IMG/VR virus record: IMGVR_UViG_3300036845_000196
Location: 1,848 to 65,847 of that record
Source: a virus
Lineage: Duplodnaviria > Caudoviricetes
Reading direction: 5' to 3' (one strand)
Length of the DNA stretch: 64,000 nt
Shown: positions 1-8,266 of the stretch, piece after piece
How the letters are laid out: the number at the start of each line of letters is the position of its first letter
How positions within the stretch are numbered: position 1 is the first letter of the stretch
Translations under genes and position numbers: made by a program
The notes under the pieces: generated by a model
The model's database searches: none
Told to the model about the DNA's origin: nothing
The model's input: the letters and a program-made list of their open reading frames with translations, nothing else

Positions 1-133
1 GCCGAACACGCCGCTGATATAGACCGGATGCCGACCTGCCCGATATGCGGGCACTGTCAAGATCATCGGCAAGAACATGAGCGTCTGCCAGGAACGGTCA
101 GATGACAAACAAACACCCAAATAAGCGATTAGG

Positions 134-403
134 GTGGAGCACATGAAGCAGAAAACCATAGATCGGATCGCGGCTAGTCCCGGCGGCCTCAAAGAGCAAT
201 TGGAGGGTCGCAATGCCGAAATTGTCCGGTTGCGAGCGGCTCTTGAATTGGTGCGAGATTATATTCACGATCAGCCCATCGCGAATGCAATTGTCCCGAT
301 CATTGGCAAGAAACTTACTGGAAAAGAGCCGAGTTTGATTCAGACGATAGACACCGCGCTTCGCGCAAATGGGCAATTAAGAAAATCGGAGACGGAGGGC
401 TAA
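134..403 (+). CDS. hypothetical phage early protein
   Basis: ORF with coiled-coil-like AEIVRLRAAL; same strand as the early arm. Confidence 0.55.
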   Translation: MEHMKQKTIDRIAASPGGLKEQLEGRNAEIVRLRAALELVRDYIHDQPIANAIVPIIGKKLTGKEPSLIQTIDTALRANGQLRKSETEG

Positions 404-649
404 ATGATAGAGGGATTTGCGCTGGGGGTTGGAGTAGGCTTCCTGCTCGGCTTCAAAATAGCCAGCCATATGGGCAAGAAGCATCTTGCGCGGATGCGAG
501 CGATTTGGATGCAGTCTTAGATGAGGACCGCGTGCATGGGCGAGCCGCCCGATCTTAAAGCTCTCTACCTGCACGGAGAGAGTGATCCCTGGGTGACCTT
601 GGATTGGCCGGGCGGCTCACCCATGTTCGCAAACAAGAGATGACCGCTA

Positions 650-868
650 ATGAAAATTGACGACAACCCACCTGGACTGATTGGCCGCCGAATGCTCCGT
701 GTCGGCGACGGCAAGGTGGTCGTGCAGGAAGAATGGAACATCGACACGCCGGGATGTCCCATGATCCGCTCGCCGTGGCACCCACCGCCGCCGAACAGTG
801 GCCCTCTCTGGATTCGCCAAGTCACGATGACAGAGGAAGAATACCGAGACGCTTTCCCTAATGCCTAA
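650..868 (+). CDS. hypothetical protein
   Basis: Last plus-strand ORF, converging on the late arm at 868/875. Confidence 0.5.
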   Translation: MKIDDNPPGLIGRRMLRVGDGKVVVQEEWNIDTPGCPMIRSPWHPPPPNSGPLWIRQVTMTEEEYRDAFPNA

Positions 869-874
869 CTTGCG

Positions 875-1309
875 CTACGGCACGATCTCGAACGCGATGG
901 GCGGCTGCGTGAACACTGCAGTCTTTATCGGATTGATCTGGTAAAGCCCTTGGAAAATATAGCTGTGTTTTCCGGTCTCCAAATCAGCGGGGAGCTTGAT
1001 CGGCCTGTCGTGCTTGGTGCACCCCGTCGCCGGGAAAATATAATTTTCACTCATGAATCTCAGATAGCCATCCTGCGGTCCCTTAATCATCCGCACGCCG
1101 GTTCCTGGCACGCCTGGCCGCACCTGACAAATATCGACGTGGAGCGTCACGACATCGCCGGCATGGATCGGACCGTCGTGCAGGATTGAGACGCTATTGA
1201 TCTTGACCGGATCGGGGTTGTCGAGAAACCACCAGTAAAAGGCCATGCCGGCCATGATCGCCCAACAGACGGTGGAAATCTTCATCAGGCACGAAATGAT
1301 GCGCCTCAT
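875..1309 (-). CDS. membrane-anchored hypothetical protein
   Basis: N-terminal hydrophobic helix then beta-rich domain; ATG overlaps the stop of the upstream gene. Confidence 0.6.
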   Translation of the reverse strand: MRRIISCLMKISTVCWAIMAGMAFYWWFLDNPDPVKINSVSILHDGPIHAGDVVTLHVDICQVRPGVPGTGVRMIKGPQDGYLRFMSENYIFPATGCTKHDRPIKLPADLETGKHSYIFQGLYQINPIKTAVFTQPPIAFEIVP

Positions 1310-1551
1310 CGTGGAGTGATTTTTACCCATCCCGTTACGACACCCCATACGGCTGAGCCTCCAACTATAACGGCACCGATGATCCACAGAATCTTGCCGA
1401 GCAACGTGCTGGCTTTGTAGAAATCAACGGCTGGCTTGGCGTCCTCTTGAAAGGCTTTCCGGCTCTGAATTTCGGATGCCAACGCCCTTTCGAGATTCCC
1501 AATACGTTCGTCGGCACTTAGCCGATCATCCCAAGACCCGTGGCCCGACAT
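1306..1551 (-). CDS. small coiled-coil protein with C-terminal TM helix (lysis-region membrane protein)
   Basis: ERIGNLE coil plus ILWIIGAVIVGGSAVWGVV helix. Confidence 0.6.
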   Translation of the reverse strand: MSGHGSWDDRLSADERIGNLERALASEIQSRKAFQEDAKPAVDFYKASTLLGKILWIIGAVIVGGSAVWGVVTGWVKITPR

Positions 1552-1670
1552 CCTTATATCCCAATTGTAGGCAGTAGAATAGGGGTAAGCAATACGAAAG
1601 GACTATGCCACAATCTTCGGTCTGCTCCTATCGGTACTAAGGTCCCGGTACTTTTGGATAATATGTCTTT

Positions 1671-2015
1671 TTACGCAGGGCCACGTTGAACAACCTTGAG
1701 TCGCCCCGGATCAACATCCGGCATCTGCTGTGACCCGCGCTGGGGCTCGACCGCGTGCATGGCCTCGCCGCTCATGGCGTTGATCTGGCGCATTTTGGAT
1801 TTGAGCAGATGAAGCTCGCGCTGTGCGGCGTCTAGCCGGCGGACGATTTTCTCGCGCGAGGTCCGCAGCGATTCGTTCTCGGATGACACCGCCTCGAATC
1901 CGGCGCGGTAGGAATCGCACTGGCCTTTGAGCAGCGTATTTTCATCGTGCAGATCGGCCATCATGGTTTGGAGCGCGCCTGCGAGTTGCACGGCGTCGTC
2001 GCGGTCATCGGACAT
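1671..2015 (-). CDS. coiled-coil hypothetical protein
   Basis: Heptad-rich ORF starting MSDDRDDA. Confidence 0.6.
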   Translation of the reverse strand: MSDDRDDAVQLAGALQTMMADLHDENTLLKGQCDSYRAGFEAVSSENESLRTSREKIVRRLDAAQRELHLLKSKMRQINAMSGEAMHAVEPQRGSQQMPDVDPGRLKVVQRGPA

Positions 2016-2017
2016 GG

Positions 2018-2350
2018 CTAGGATGCCTCTCGCATTGTTGCTGCGGCGGTAACCGCCTCGTGTTTTTTGGCCCACGCTTTAAGCATGTATTCATCGTAAA
2101 CGCAGGCATCGCATGTGATGGGAGCCGTAAGCCATGAACGGCATACACTGCAATCGCCTTGATGCGGTTCGGCGCCCGAACGCTTTACATAATTGTGGCA
2201 CCAATCGAGGCCCATTGCTGGCTGCTCTGCGACCATTAATTCGGCGGCGATTAATTCGACTTCGGCAATCGTTCTGCTCCAATCTCCGGTCTTGCCCCGT
2301 ATCCAACGCAAATCGAGGCCAGCAACACCAACCGAGTTTCTAACACTCAT
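2018..2350 (-). CDS. Cys-rich hypothetical protein
   Basis: GGAGG RBS before MSVRNSV; two CxxC pairs. Confidence 0.5.
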   Translation of the reverse strand: MSVRNSVGVAGLDLRWIRGKTGDWSRTIAEVELIAAELMVAEQPAMGLDWCHNYVKRSGAEPHQGDCSVCRSWLTAPITCDACVYDEYMLKAWAKKHEAVTAAATMREAS

Positions 2351-2402
2351 GGCATCCTCCAAAAAACCAGCGGGCATTTGCGCCCGCCTTATCCCCCGAC
2401 GC

Positions 2403-3110
2403 TTAGTATTTGAACGATACGCCCGTCTTATAGCGCGTACCGAGCTTGGGGCACATATTGGCGCCGAGGCAGAGCGAATTGCTTTGGAGCTCCACGCCGG
2501 CATAGGTGTCCGCCACGATGACGGTCTTGTTCGTCGAAACGAGATTGAACAGAATGCCGGTGCCGACTTCCGGGGAGACCAGCCATTGGTGGGCGGTGGC
2601 GAGTCCGAACTGGCTGGAAATGTCGTCCACGTCCACGGCGCCGTACACGTAGTTTGCCGGGGTGCCGACGACACTGTACTGCGGCGGCAGCACAGGCAGG
2701 CTCGGGGCGGTCCCGGTATTGAGGCCCGGCCAGAGCGACGCCATGAACGGGATGAGCGAGGTTTGGATGCCCACTCGACCCTCGCCATGGAACGGGCCGG
2801 ACAGGCTGAAACCGTTATTGCCGGCGTTGAGGTTCTGGAAGTCGAAGATGGCTTCCGCAAACCATGGGGTCGATGCCGCGACGCAAGCGTAGCCGACTAG
2901 AACGCCAATGTCACCGCCGATGACGGTCGTGCCCGCAGGGGCGTTGGGGACGACGCCCGCGCCGCCTTCCGCGTTGATGCCGTAGTAGACGCCGCATTTG
3001 GTGGGGTAACCAGCGGCCAGCGGCGGGGCTTTGGTGGCCATATCAGCCGCGTGCGCAGCCGACATTGCGGACAGGACCGCGGCGAGAATTCCAAGCGCGA
3101 GCTTTTTCAT
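2403..3110 (-). CDS. outer-membrane beta-barrel protein (Omp25/RopB-like)
   Basis: Signal peptide MKKLALGILAAVLSAMSAAHA, then ADMATKAPP typical of rhizobial small OMPs; amphipathic strands; aromatic C-terminus SFKY. Confidence 0.75.
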   Translation of the reverse strand: MKKLALGILAAVLSAMSAAHAADMATKAPPLAAGYPTKCGVYYGINAEGGAGVVPNAPAGTTVIGGDIGVLVGYACVAASTPWFAEAIFDFQNLNAGNNGFSLSGPFHGEGRVGIQTSLIPFMASLWPGLNTGTAPSLPVLPPQYSVVGTPANYVYGAVDVDDISSQFGLATAHQWLVSPEVGTGILFNLVSTNKTVIVADTYAGVELQSNSLCLGANMCPKLGTRYKTGVSFKY

Positions 3111-3187
3111 GTCAGTCTCCATAGCCGTAAATGGCATGGGGATAGTACGCACAACTAGGTGTGGTAAGTCCGCAACACCGAATGGAA

Positions 3188-3379
3188 TTATTGGCCGATG
3201 CCGCCGCCAGATTGGCCGCCGGCGCCCGGCGGCGGCTGGTGTGCCTGCACCGTCGCGATAATGGCCGAGATATGCGGCCACAGCTTCAAAGCTGGGCCAA
3301 TACCGCCCACCGCGCCGATCAACGCTTCCAGGTCGGAACTGTTCTTGACGGCAATAGCCGCGATCAGGGACGGGTCCAT
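3188..3379 (-). CDS. hypothetical lysis-module protein
   Basis: GGAG RBS; immediately downstream of the holin. Confidence 0.5.
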   Translation of the reverse strand: MDPSLIAAIAVKNSSDLEALIGAVGGIGPALKLWPHISAIIATVQAHQPPPGAGGQSGGGIGQ

Positions 3380-3391
3380 TATGGTTTGCTC

Positions 3392-3697
3392 CTACGCCGG
3401 GGCGGCGGGTGTCGGGGACGGCTGGCTGTGACCGTTGCCGCCAGGAGACGGATTAGCGGTCAACGCTGCGATCGTCTGGTCCTTGGTAGCCGACGTGCGG
3501 GACGAACCGAAGTAGAACGTCACCACCATGCCGGCAAAGCCGCCGAGCGTACCAACAAGGGTATTGAGGACGGCTGTAGCTGCCGAGTCCGTTGACGGCG
3601 GATGAAGCATCCACACAAAGATGACGACGATAAAAGCCGCCACGACCACAAAGGCCAGAAGCTTTTGCGTGTCGTTCCAAGACGTGGTTTCTTGCAT
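3392..3697 (-). CDS. putative holin
   Basis: Two TM helices ending in the FYFGSS motif; adjacent to the endolysin. Confidence 0.7.
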   Translation of the reverse strand: MQETTSWNDTQKLLAFVVVAAFIVVIFVWMLHPPSTDSAATAVLNTLVGTLGGFAGMVVTFYFGSSRTSATKDQTIAALTANPSPGGNGHSQPSPTPAAPA

Positions 3698-3727
3698 GGT
3701 GCTAAATCCCCCAGTCCAGATTGAAGA

Positions 3728-4582
3728 TTATGCTGCCTTCAACTTGGCGTCAATCGCAGCCCAAGTTGCCGGACCAGCAAGCCCGTCGACCGCCAATCCA
3801 GCCTGCGTTTGGAAGGCCATAACGGCTCGGCGCGTCATGCGTCCGAAGGAACCATCGACAGTCAATTGCGGGTCGGCGCCAAGCTTATTAAGATCGGTTT
3901 GCAATGTCGTTGCATCATGCAGTCCAACAGGAACCGGCGCAGGGACGATAGAAGGCGCTTGCGGGACGTGAATGATCGGCGACCCAATAGCAAGGCTGGG
4001 ATGGCGACGGACCAATTCCAGATACATCGCTACAGTGCCGGGCTGCGGATCGAGTTTGCTTGGGTCCCATACACCGTCGGCGACATATTTGCCACCGAGG
4101 CCATGACCACCGTAAGCCGCCGTGTCATAGGCATCGGTGCATGACCACAGATAGCCGCTCAATCGGCCATGTGCGCGTGGCCCGAATCCATTCCAATGTT
4201 CCCAATCGAAGCAGGCAAACGGAAGAGTCCATGTCACGCCAGCCGGCAATGCGTCTATGTGGTCATAGTGTAGATAGAACTTGTCTGCGGCGGCCTTAGA
4301 TGCAAACGGTCCCTCACCGCGCGGAACATGCACCGAAGTTCGATTCCATGGATCACCCTGCCCAATGCCGCATCGCGGATTGCAGTCACTCTCCCGACAA
4401 TCGGTCGGTCCAATCCAGGCTGCCGGAACGCCGTTATCTGCCGCCGTCTGCTCATAGCTCGCCAGCACGCGCTCAATCTCATCAACGCCGCGCGATACGA
4501 CTTGAGACCGCGTGACTCTCACGGAGCCAAGCAGTTTTTCGTATTCGGGCTGGAGAGCCGCAAATGGATATTGCATGGTCAT
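3728..4582 (-). CDS. endolysin with C-terminal peptidoglycan-binding domain
   Basis: Lysozyme-like N-terminus (RES, NGFG, YLWS, GKYVADG); PG_binding_1 motif VDGSFGRMTRRAVMAFQ...VDGLAGPATW. Confidence 0.85.
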   Translation of the reverse strand: MTMQYPFAALQPEYEKLLGSVRVTRSQVVSRGVDEIERVLASYEQTAADNGVPAAWIGPTDCRESDCNPRCGIGQGDPWNRTSVHVPRGEGPFASKAAADKFYLHYDHIDALPAGVTWTLPFACFDWEHWNGFGPRAHGRLSGYLWSCTDAYDTAAYGGHGLGGKYVADGVWDPSKLDPQPGTVAMYLELVRRHPSLAIGSPIIHVPQAPSIVPAPVPVGLHDATTLQTDLNKLGADPQLTVDGSFGRMTRRAVMAFQTQAGLAVDGLAGPATWAAIDAKLKAA

Positions 4583-4622
4583 TTCCAGCGGTTGGCGTTG
4601 GCGGTTTTGAGGGCGGCGATGT

Positions 4623-4847
4623 TCATGCGTCGTACCTCTTTTCGCGGGGAGGGCCAGGCACCGCGGGCACCACCCCTTGCGAAATCACCATGGCGCCATG
4701 ACGGGTGAGCGAACAGCCGCCGTCGAGCGCGAGATACGGCCCCAGCGCAAGGCGATGTTCGGTCGAAAGGCCCTGGTTGACGATGACGGCGATGCCTTCG
4801 ATGCCCGGTTCGAAGCCGATCCACAGCGTCTTGACTTCATTCCACAT
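4623..4847 (-). CDS. hypothetical protein
   Basis: ORF in late-arm orientation. Confidence 0.45.
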   Translation of the reverse strand: MWNEVKTLWIGFEPGIEGIAVIVNQGLSTEHRLALGPYLALDGGCSLTRHGAMVISQGVVPAVPGPPREKRYDA

Positions 4848-4900
4848 GGTCTAGACCTTTACTTCGTCGGCTGGACCGTGACTCGGCGGATATGATTCGG

Positions 4901-5158
4901 TCAAGAGTCGGAAGGAGGTTTTGGGCCGTCTTTCCGTAGCCTTTCCACCATCGCGATAAGAGCTTCACCGGAAAGAGGGGCGCCGTAGCGGCCGAAGCCG
5001 AAGAATTGGTCGGAGGGGATTTCGATGGAGCGGCGGCGGCCCTTGCGGTTGCCGGATTTGGACCAGTAGGCGACGACTTCGATCAGGGTCGGCCACGCCT
5101 CATCGGCTTCAATGCTTCGAGCTTTGGCGAGGTCGCCGGATGGTGCAGGGCGAGGCAT
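4901..5158 (-). CDS. hypothetical protein
   Basis: AAGGA RBS just beyond a family-A repeat arm. Confidence 0.55.
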   Translation of the reverse strand: MPRPAPSGDLAKARSIEADEAWPTLIEVVAYWSKSGNRKGRRRSIEIPSDQFFGFGRYGAPLSGEALIAMVERLRKDGPKPPSDS

Positions 5159-5181
5159 ATTCTTGGTTTCCTTTGGAGTCG

Positions 5182-5591
5182 TTTGGTTAGCTTGGCTACC
5201 TTGGCCCTCACGCGACCGCTAGGATTTTACGGCCATAGAGACTTGCAAGGGCCACGAAAGCCAACGGTTTATCCGATACTGCAAAATCACGCGGCTGCGT
5301 TCTTTTCTTACTATGCTGTATTCAATACCGAGAAAATCCACGCGCCATTCAAAACAATCCCTCAGTGGAAGCCAGCGGATTTCAAAACCGCGGCGGTAGT
5401 ACGGCCAACCTTCGCGATCATCACGACTCCACCCAATGCGGAACGACCATGTGTTTGTCATGGTCCCAAAATCCATTCGATTAAATGCAACCCCGCACTT
5501 TTCGCCGCGCCAAAACATTTTCTCCACCCTCTATGGCCGTAAGAATCTCACAGAAAAATCGCGCGCCAAGGTAGCCAGTCTACCCAAAAAC
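5182..5591. mobile_element. Family-A inverted-repeat cassette 1 (arms 5182-5240 and 5529-5591)
   Basis: TTTGGTTAGCTTGGCTACCTTGG..TTTTACGGCCATAGAG and inverted CTCTATGGCCGTAAG..CCAAGGTAGCCAGTCTACCCAAA around one small ORF; mobility is inferred. Confidence 0.7.
5219..5518 (-). CDS. cassette cargo, Trp/Arg-rich hypothetical protein
   Basis: GGAG-AAA-ATG start beside the right arm; ends SMAVKS* inside the left arm. Confidence 0.55.
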   Translation of the reverse strand: MFWRGEKCGVAFNRMDFGTMTNTWSFRIGWSRDDREGWPYYRRGFEIRWLPLRDCFEWRVDFLGIEYSIVRKERSRVILQYRINRWLSWPLQVSMAVKS

Positions 5592-5593
5592 TT

Positions 5594-8074
5594 CTACCCC
5601 TCCGCCTCCAAATCCCCATGCCCATGAGGAATAGGCTTCACATCGGCATCCTTCGGCTCGTTCGTAAACGGCCCTCTTTCCAACTTCGATTCCTGCCCTC
5701 GACACCACGCCGACCACCCATTCCAGTCAACCCCTATTTTCCTCGCGTGCGCCCGCTCATTCGGAGTGCCGGATCGGTTATGCGCTTTGAGATAAATTTT
5801 CTTACGCTCCGGCGTCGAAGGTTCGCGCTTGTGCAGACTTTTAAATTCTCTCAGCAAGTTTTCCAAATCCTCACGCTCCGGCACCTCGTGATGCAGCAGC
5901 ACATCGTCCACGTCGACGGTCTTGCCCTTGATGTTCGCCGTCGCTGGAATGTTTTTGTTCTTATACATCGTCGCGCCGTCGATCGACATGCAGGACATCC
6001 ACGGGCCGTCGTGGGTGGCGTCGATTTTGACTGTACTCACGCCCTTAGCCGGCTTGGTCGTATCGCCGTTTTCCAGCCAGTGCTTAAAACCATCGACCGG
6101 CATTTCCGTGACATGGCCCATGCGTTCACGGCCGCGACCGTCGGAGAACGCGGCGCGATAGGTTTTGTTGACCTGTGCCCGCGATGCAAAACCGAGAAAC
6201 GCTTTGTGCTCGTCGAACTTTCTGGAGTCCGCGTTCACCTGATCGACGATGTAAACCGTGGGCGCTTTCAGATGCGGCCCGATGTAAACGTCAACGTGAT
6301 CCTTGTCCTTGCCGACGGTGCCTTTGATGTAGCCGTAGTGAGCTGGCATCTTCACCGACCACGCCTTGCCACCTTTATCCACGCCGCGCCGGTAATGACC
6401 CTTGGCGTTTTCAATGGTGATGTCGAGACCGTGAACGTGAATGTGGTCCTTGGCGTAATTGCCCGCTTTCTTCTGCGCCTCGGTCGGCTCGTGTTCGATG
6501 TTGGAGGCTTCGACGCGACCACCAGCAGCGCGCTCGGCAGCCCTCCGCTCCCAAAATTTACACACAGCCCACGGCGAGATTATTCCGCGCACAGCACTAC
6601 ATGAACTAGGCGCAACAAACATGCTGCAAGTCCCGCATCGACGCTGCCCCGTGCCCCCACGGTAGACCGCCTGCACCTTCGTCACCTTCCCCGAAACCGC
6701 GCCACCTGTCGCCATGCCTTGATCGGCAAACGGGTCGTGATCGACCGGAGTGGTGGAAAAGTGCGCGGCGTTGCCTGCAATCAGGCCGGCGATGCCGTAT
6801 TTTTTTACGATGTTGATCGTATTGGGATCGAAGACCACGAAATTACTCGTCTGCGGTTGTTTCAATTGACCGCGAAGGCTGCCGATTTTATCCTGAATAT
6901 CCTCGATATGCCTTTGGTCTACGTTGCCGTTCGGGTCGGCTCCGCCTTTGCGGAGATATTCGATGTCGGCTTGGTGGGATGCAATCTTGTTCTGAATATC
7001 GGAATCGCTTAAACGCCGCGACCCCTGATCCAGATATTTGATGCCGGGGATGCCTGCTTGGCGAAGGGCCTGTGACGAATAAGCCGGATCATGATTTCCT
7101 AATCTAAGAACGCGAGACTTATCGCCGCCGACCATCGCAAGGGATTCGTCGTATGTGTTGCCGCCTTGCTTCCATAGCGACTGCGGATTATCGCGGATCG
7201 GATAGGTATATTTCGTCATGCCACCGACAATTGAACTGCCGCTAAGGTCATCGTCGGCCAATTTCATCTTTTCCCACGTTTCCGGGGAATAGTCCGATTT
7301 TTGGGTCTTGCCAGCGAGATAATCCGCGAGGGCGCCCTTGATCTCTGGCGTGACGCCAAGCGCCTCCTGCACCTTCGGGTGCTGCTCACTCAGCGGCTTA
7401 TCCCAGTCCAAAAAATGATCGGGATCGGCGGCTATGTTGACTTCGTACATGCGACCGCGCTGCGGATCGTTCGCAATCAGATTCTTCGCTTCTTGTTCCG
7501 TTAAGCCATTCGTCTTTTCGTTTGTTTGATGTCTGCCGCCGCCGGCATATTCAACCGTATAGGTGCCATCATCCTCCCTCACCATGTATGGTTCCGGGGA
7601 TAGCGCTTTTTTATATTCCTCGCTTACCGCCGGATTCTCCGCAAAATACAATCCATGCCCGTACGCCTGGGCGCCCTCTCCGGTTCCTATCTTGGACAGG
7701 TCGAACTTGTCGAAGTCGTAGGGGGAACCGTGATAGGCGCGGATGCCTTGGGGGATAATATCTTCGGCCGCTTCCGCGATTGGTTTTAGCGCCCGCGCTT
7801 CCGGCGCCATCAACGCGGGCACCGCCCCCAGCGCGAACATCTGGGCTTCCTCTGGCGTCATATTTCCGCGTAGCGCACTCACGGCATCGTTGATTCCCAG
7901 TGCAGACCCGACACCGCCTGCGATTGTTGATGGCGCCTGCGCCATTTCGGCGGGGATGTTCTGTTGTGGGATTGTCTGGCCGGATTTTGGTGTTGGGGCG
8001 TCGGCGAACTGGGGAGTGTAGTTCACCGGCATCAGATCGTAATCGGGGGGAGTATTAAGGTTTGGGTCATCCAC
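5594..8074 (-). CDS. polyvalent protein: ART-PolyVal-like, HiPIP-like and InPase domains
   Basis: AYHGSPYDFDKFD..IGTGEGAQAYGHGLYF (ART-like); CGTCSMF..C..VRGIISPWAVCKFW (HiPIP-like); EPTEAQKKAGNY..HYGYIKGT.GKDKDHVDVY..FDEHK (InPase). Confidence 0.8.
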   Translation of the reverse strand: MDDPNLNTPPDYDLMPVNYTPQFADAPTPKSGQTIPQQNIPAEMAQAPSTIAGGVGSALGINDAVSALRGNMTPEEAQMFALGAVPALMAPEARALKPIAEAAEDIIPQGIRAYHGSPYDFDKFDLSKIGTGEGAQAYGHGLYFAENPAVSEEYKKALSPEPYMVREDDGTYTVEYAGGGRHQTNEKTNGLTEQEAKNLIANDPQRGRMYEVNIAADPDHFLDWDKPLSEQHPKVQEALGVTPEIKGALADYLAGKTQKSDYSPETWEKMKLADDDLSGSSIVGGMTKYTYPIRDNPQSLWKQGGNTYDESLAMVGGDKSRVLRLGNHDPAYSSQALRQAGIPGIKYLDQGSRRLSDSDIQNKIASHQADIEYLRKGGADPNGNVDQRHIEDIQDKIGSLRGQLKQPQTSNFVVFDPNTINIVKKYGIAGLIAGNAAHFSTTPVDHDPFADQGMATGGAVSGKVTKVQAVYRGGTGQRRCGTCSMFVAPSSCSAVRGIISPWAVCKFWERRAAERAAGGRVEASNIEHEPTEAQKKAGNYAKDHIHVHGLDITIENAKGHYRRGVDKGGKAWSVKMPAHYGYIKGTVGKDKDHVDVYIGPHLKAPTVYIVDQVNADSRKFDEHKAFLGFASRAQVNKTYRAAFSDGRGRERMGHVTEMPVDGFKHWLENGDTTKPAKGVSTVKIDATHDGPWMSCMSIDGATMYKNKNIPATANIKGKTVDVDDVLLHHEVPEREDLENLLREFKSLHKREPSTPERKKIYLKAHNRSGTPNERAHARKIGVDWNGWSAWCRGQESKLERGPFTNEPKDADVKPIPHGHGDLEAEG

Positions 8075-8255
8075 GGCCGAATGTCCTTGAACTCAGTGCG
8101 GTCACCCAACCGTCAAATATTAAACGGTTCTCTTGTGGGGTGCTTTGACGTTATGCCCTGCGTGAATCGGCGTGTGTCCTGCATAACCACCCCACAAGAG
8201 AACCGTTGACCGAGTCCGGTGCCGCTGCACCCAAAGCCTCTCGTGACCCAGAATC
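8058..8255. mobile_element. Family-B cassette with non-coding hairpin cargo (arms 8058-8105 and 8205-8255)
   Basis: AGGTTTGGGTCATCCACGG..CTCAGTGCGGTCAC and inverted GTTGACCGAGTCCGG..CTCTCGTGACCCA. Confidence 0.65.
8123..8207. repeat. perfect 20-bp inverted repeat with inner 7-bp stem
   Basis: AACGGTTCTCTTGTGGGGTG / CACCCCACAAGAGAACCGTT; inner GTTATGC / GCATAAC. Confidence 0.9.
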
Positions 8256-8266
8256 TTACCCTAATT

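Noticed and set aside
4579-4626. MNIAALKTANANRWK mini-ORF as a remnant of a replaced endolysin start
   Set aside because: Resemblance is from memory only and too short to support without a search.
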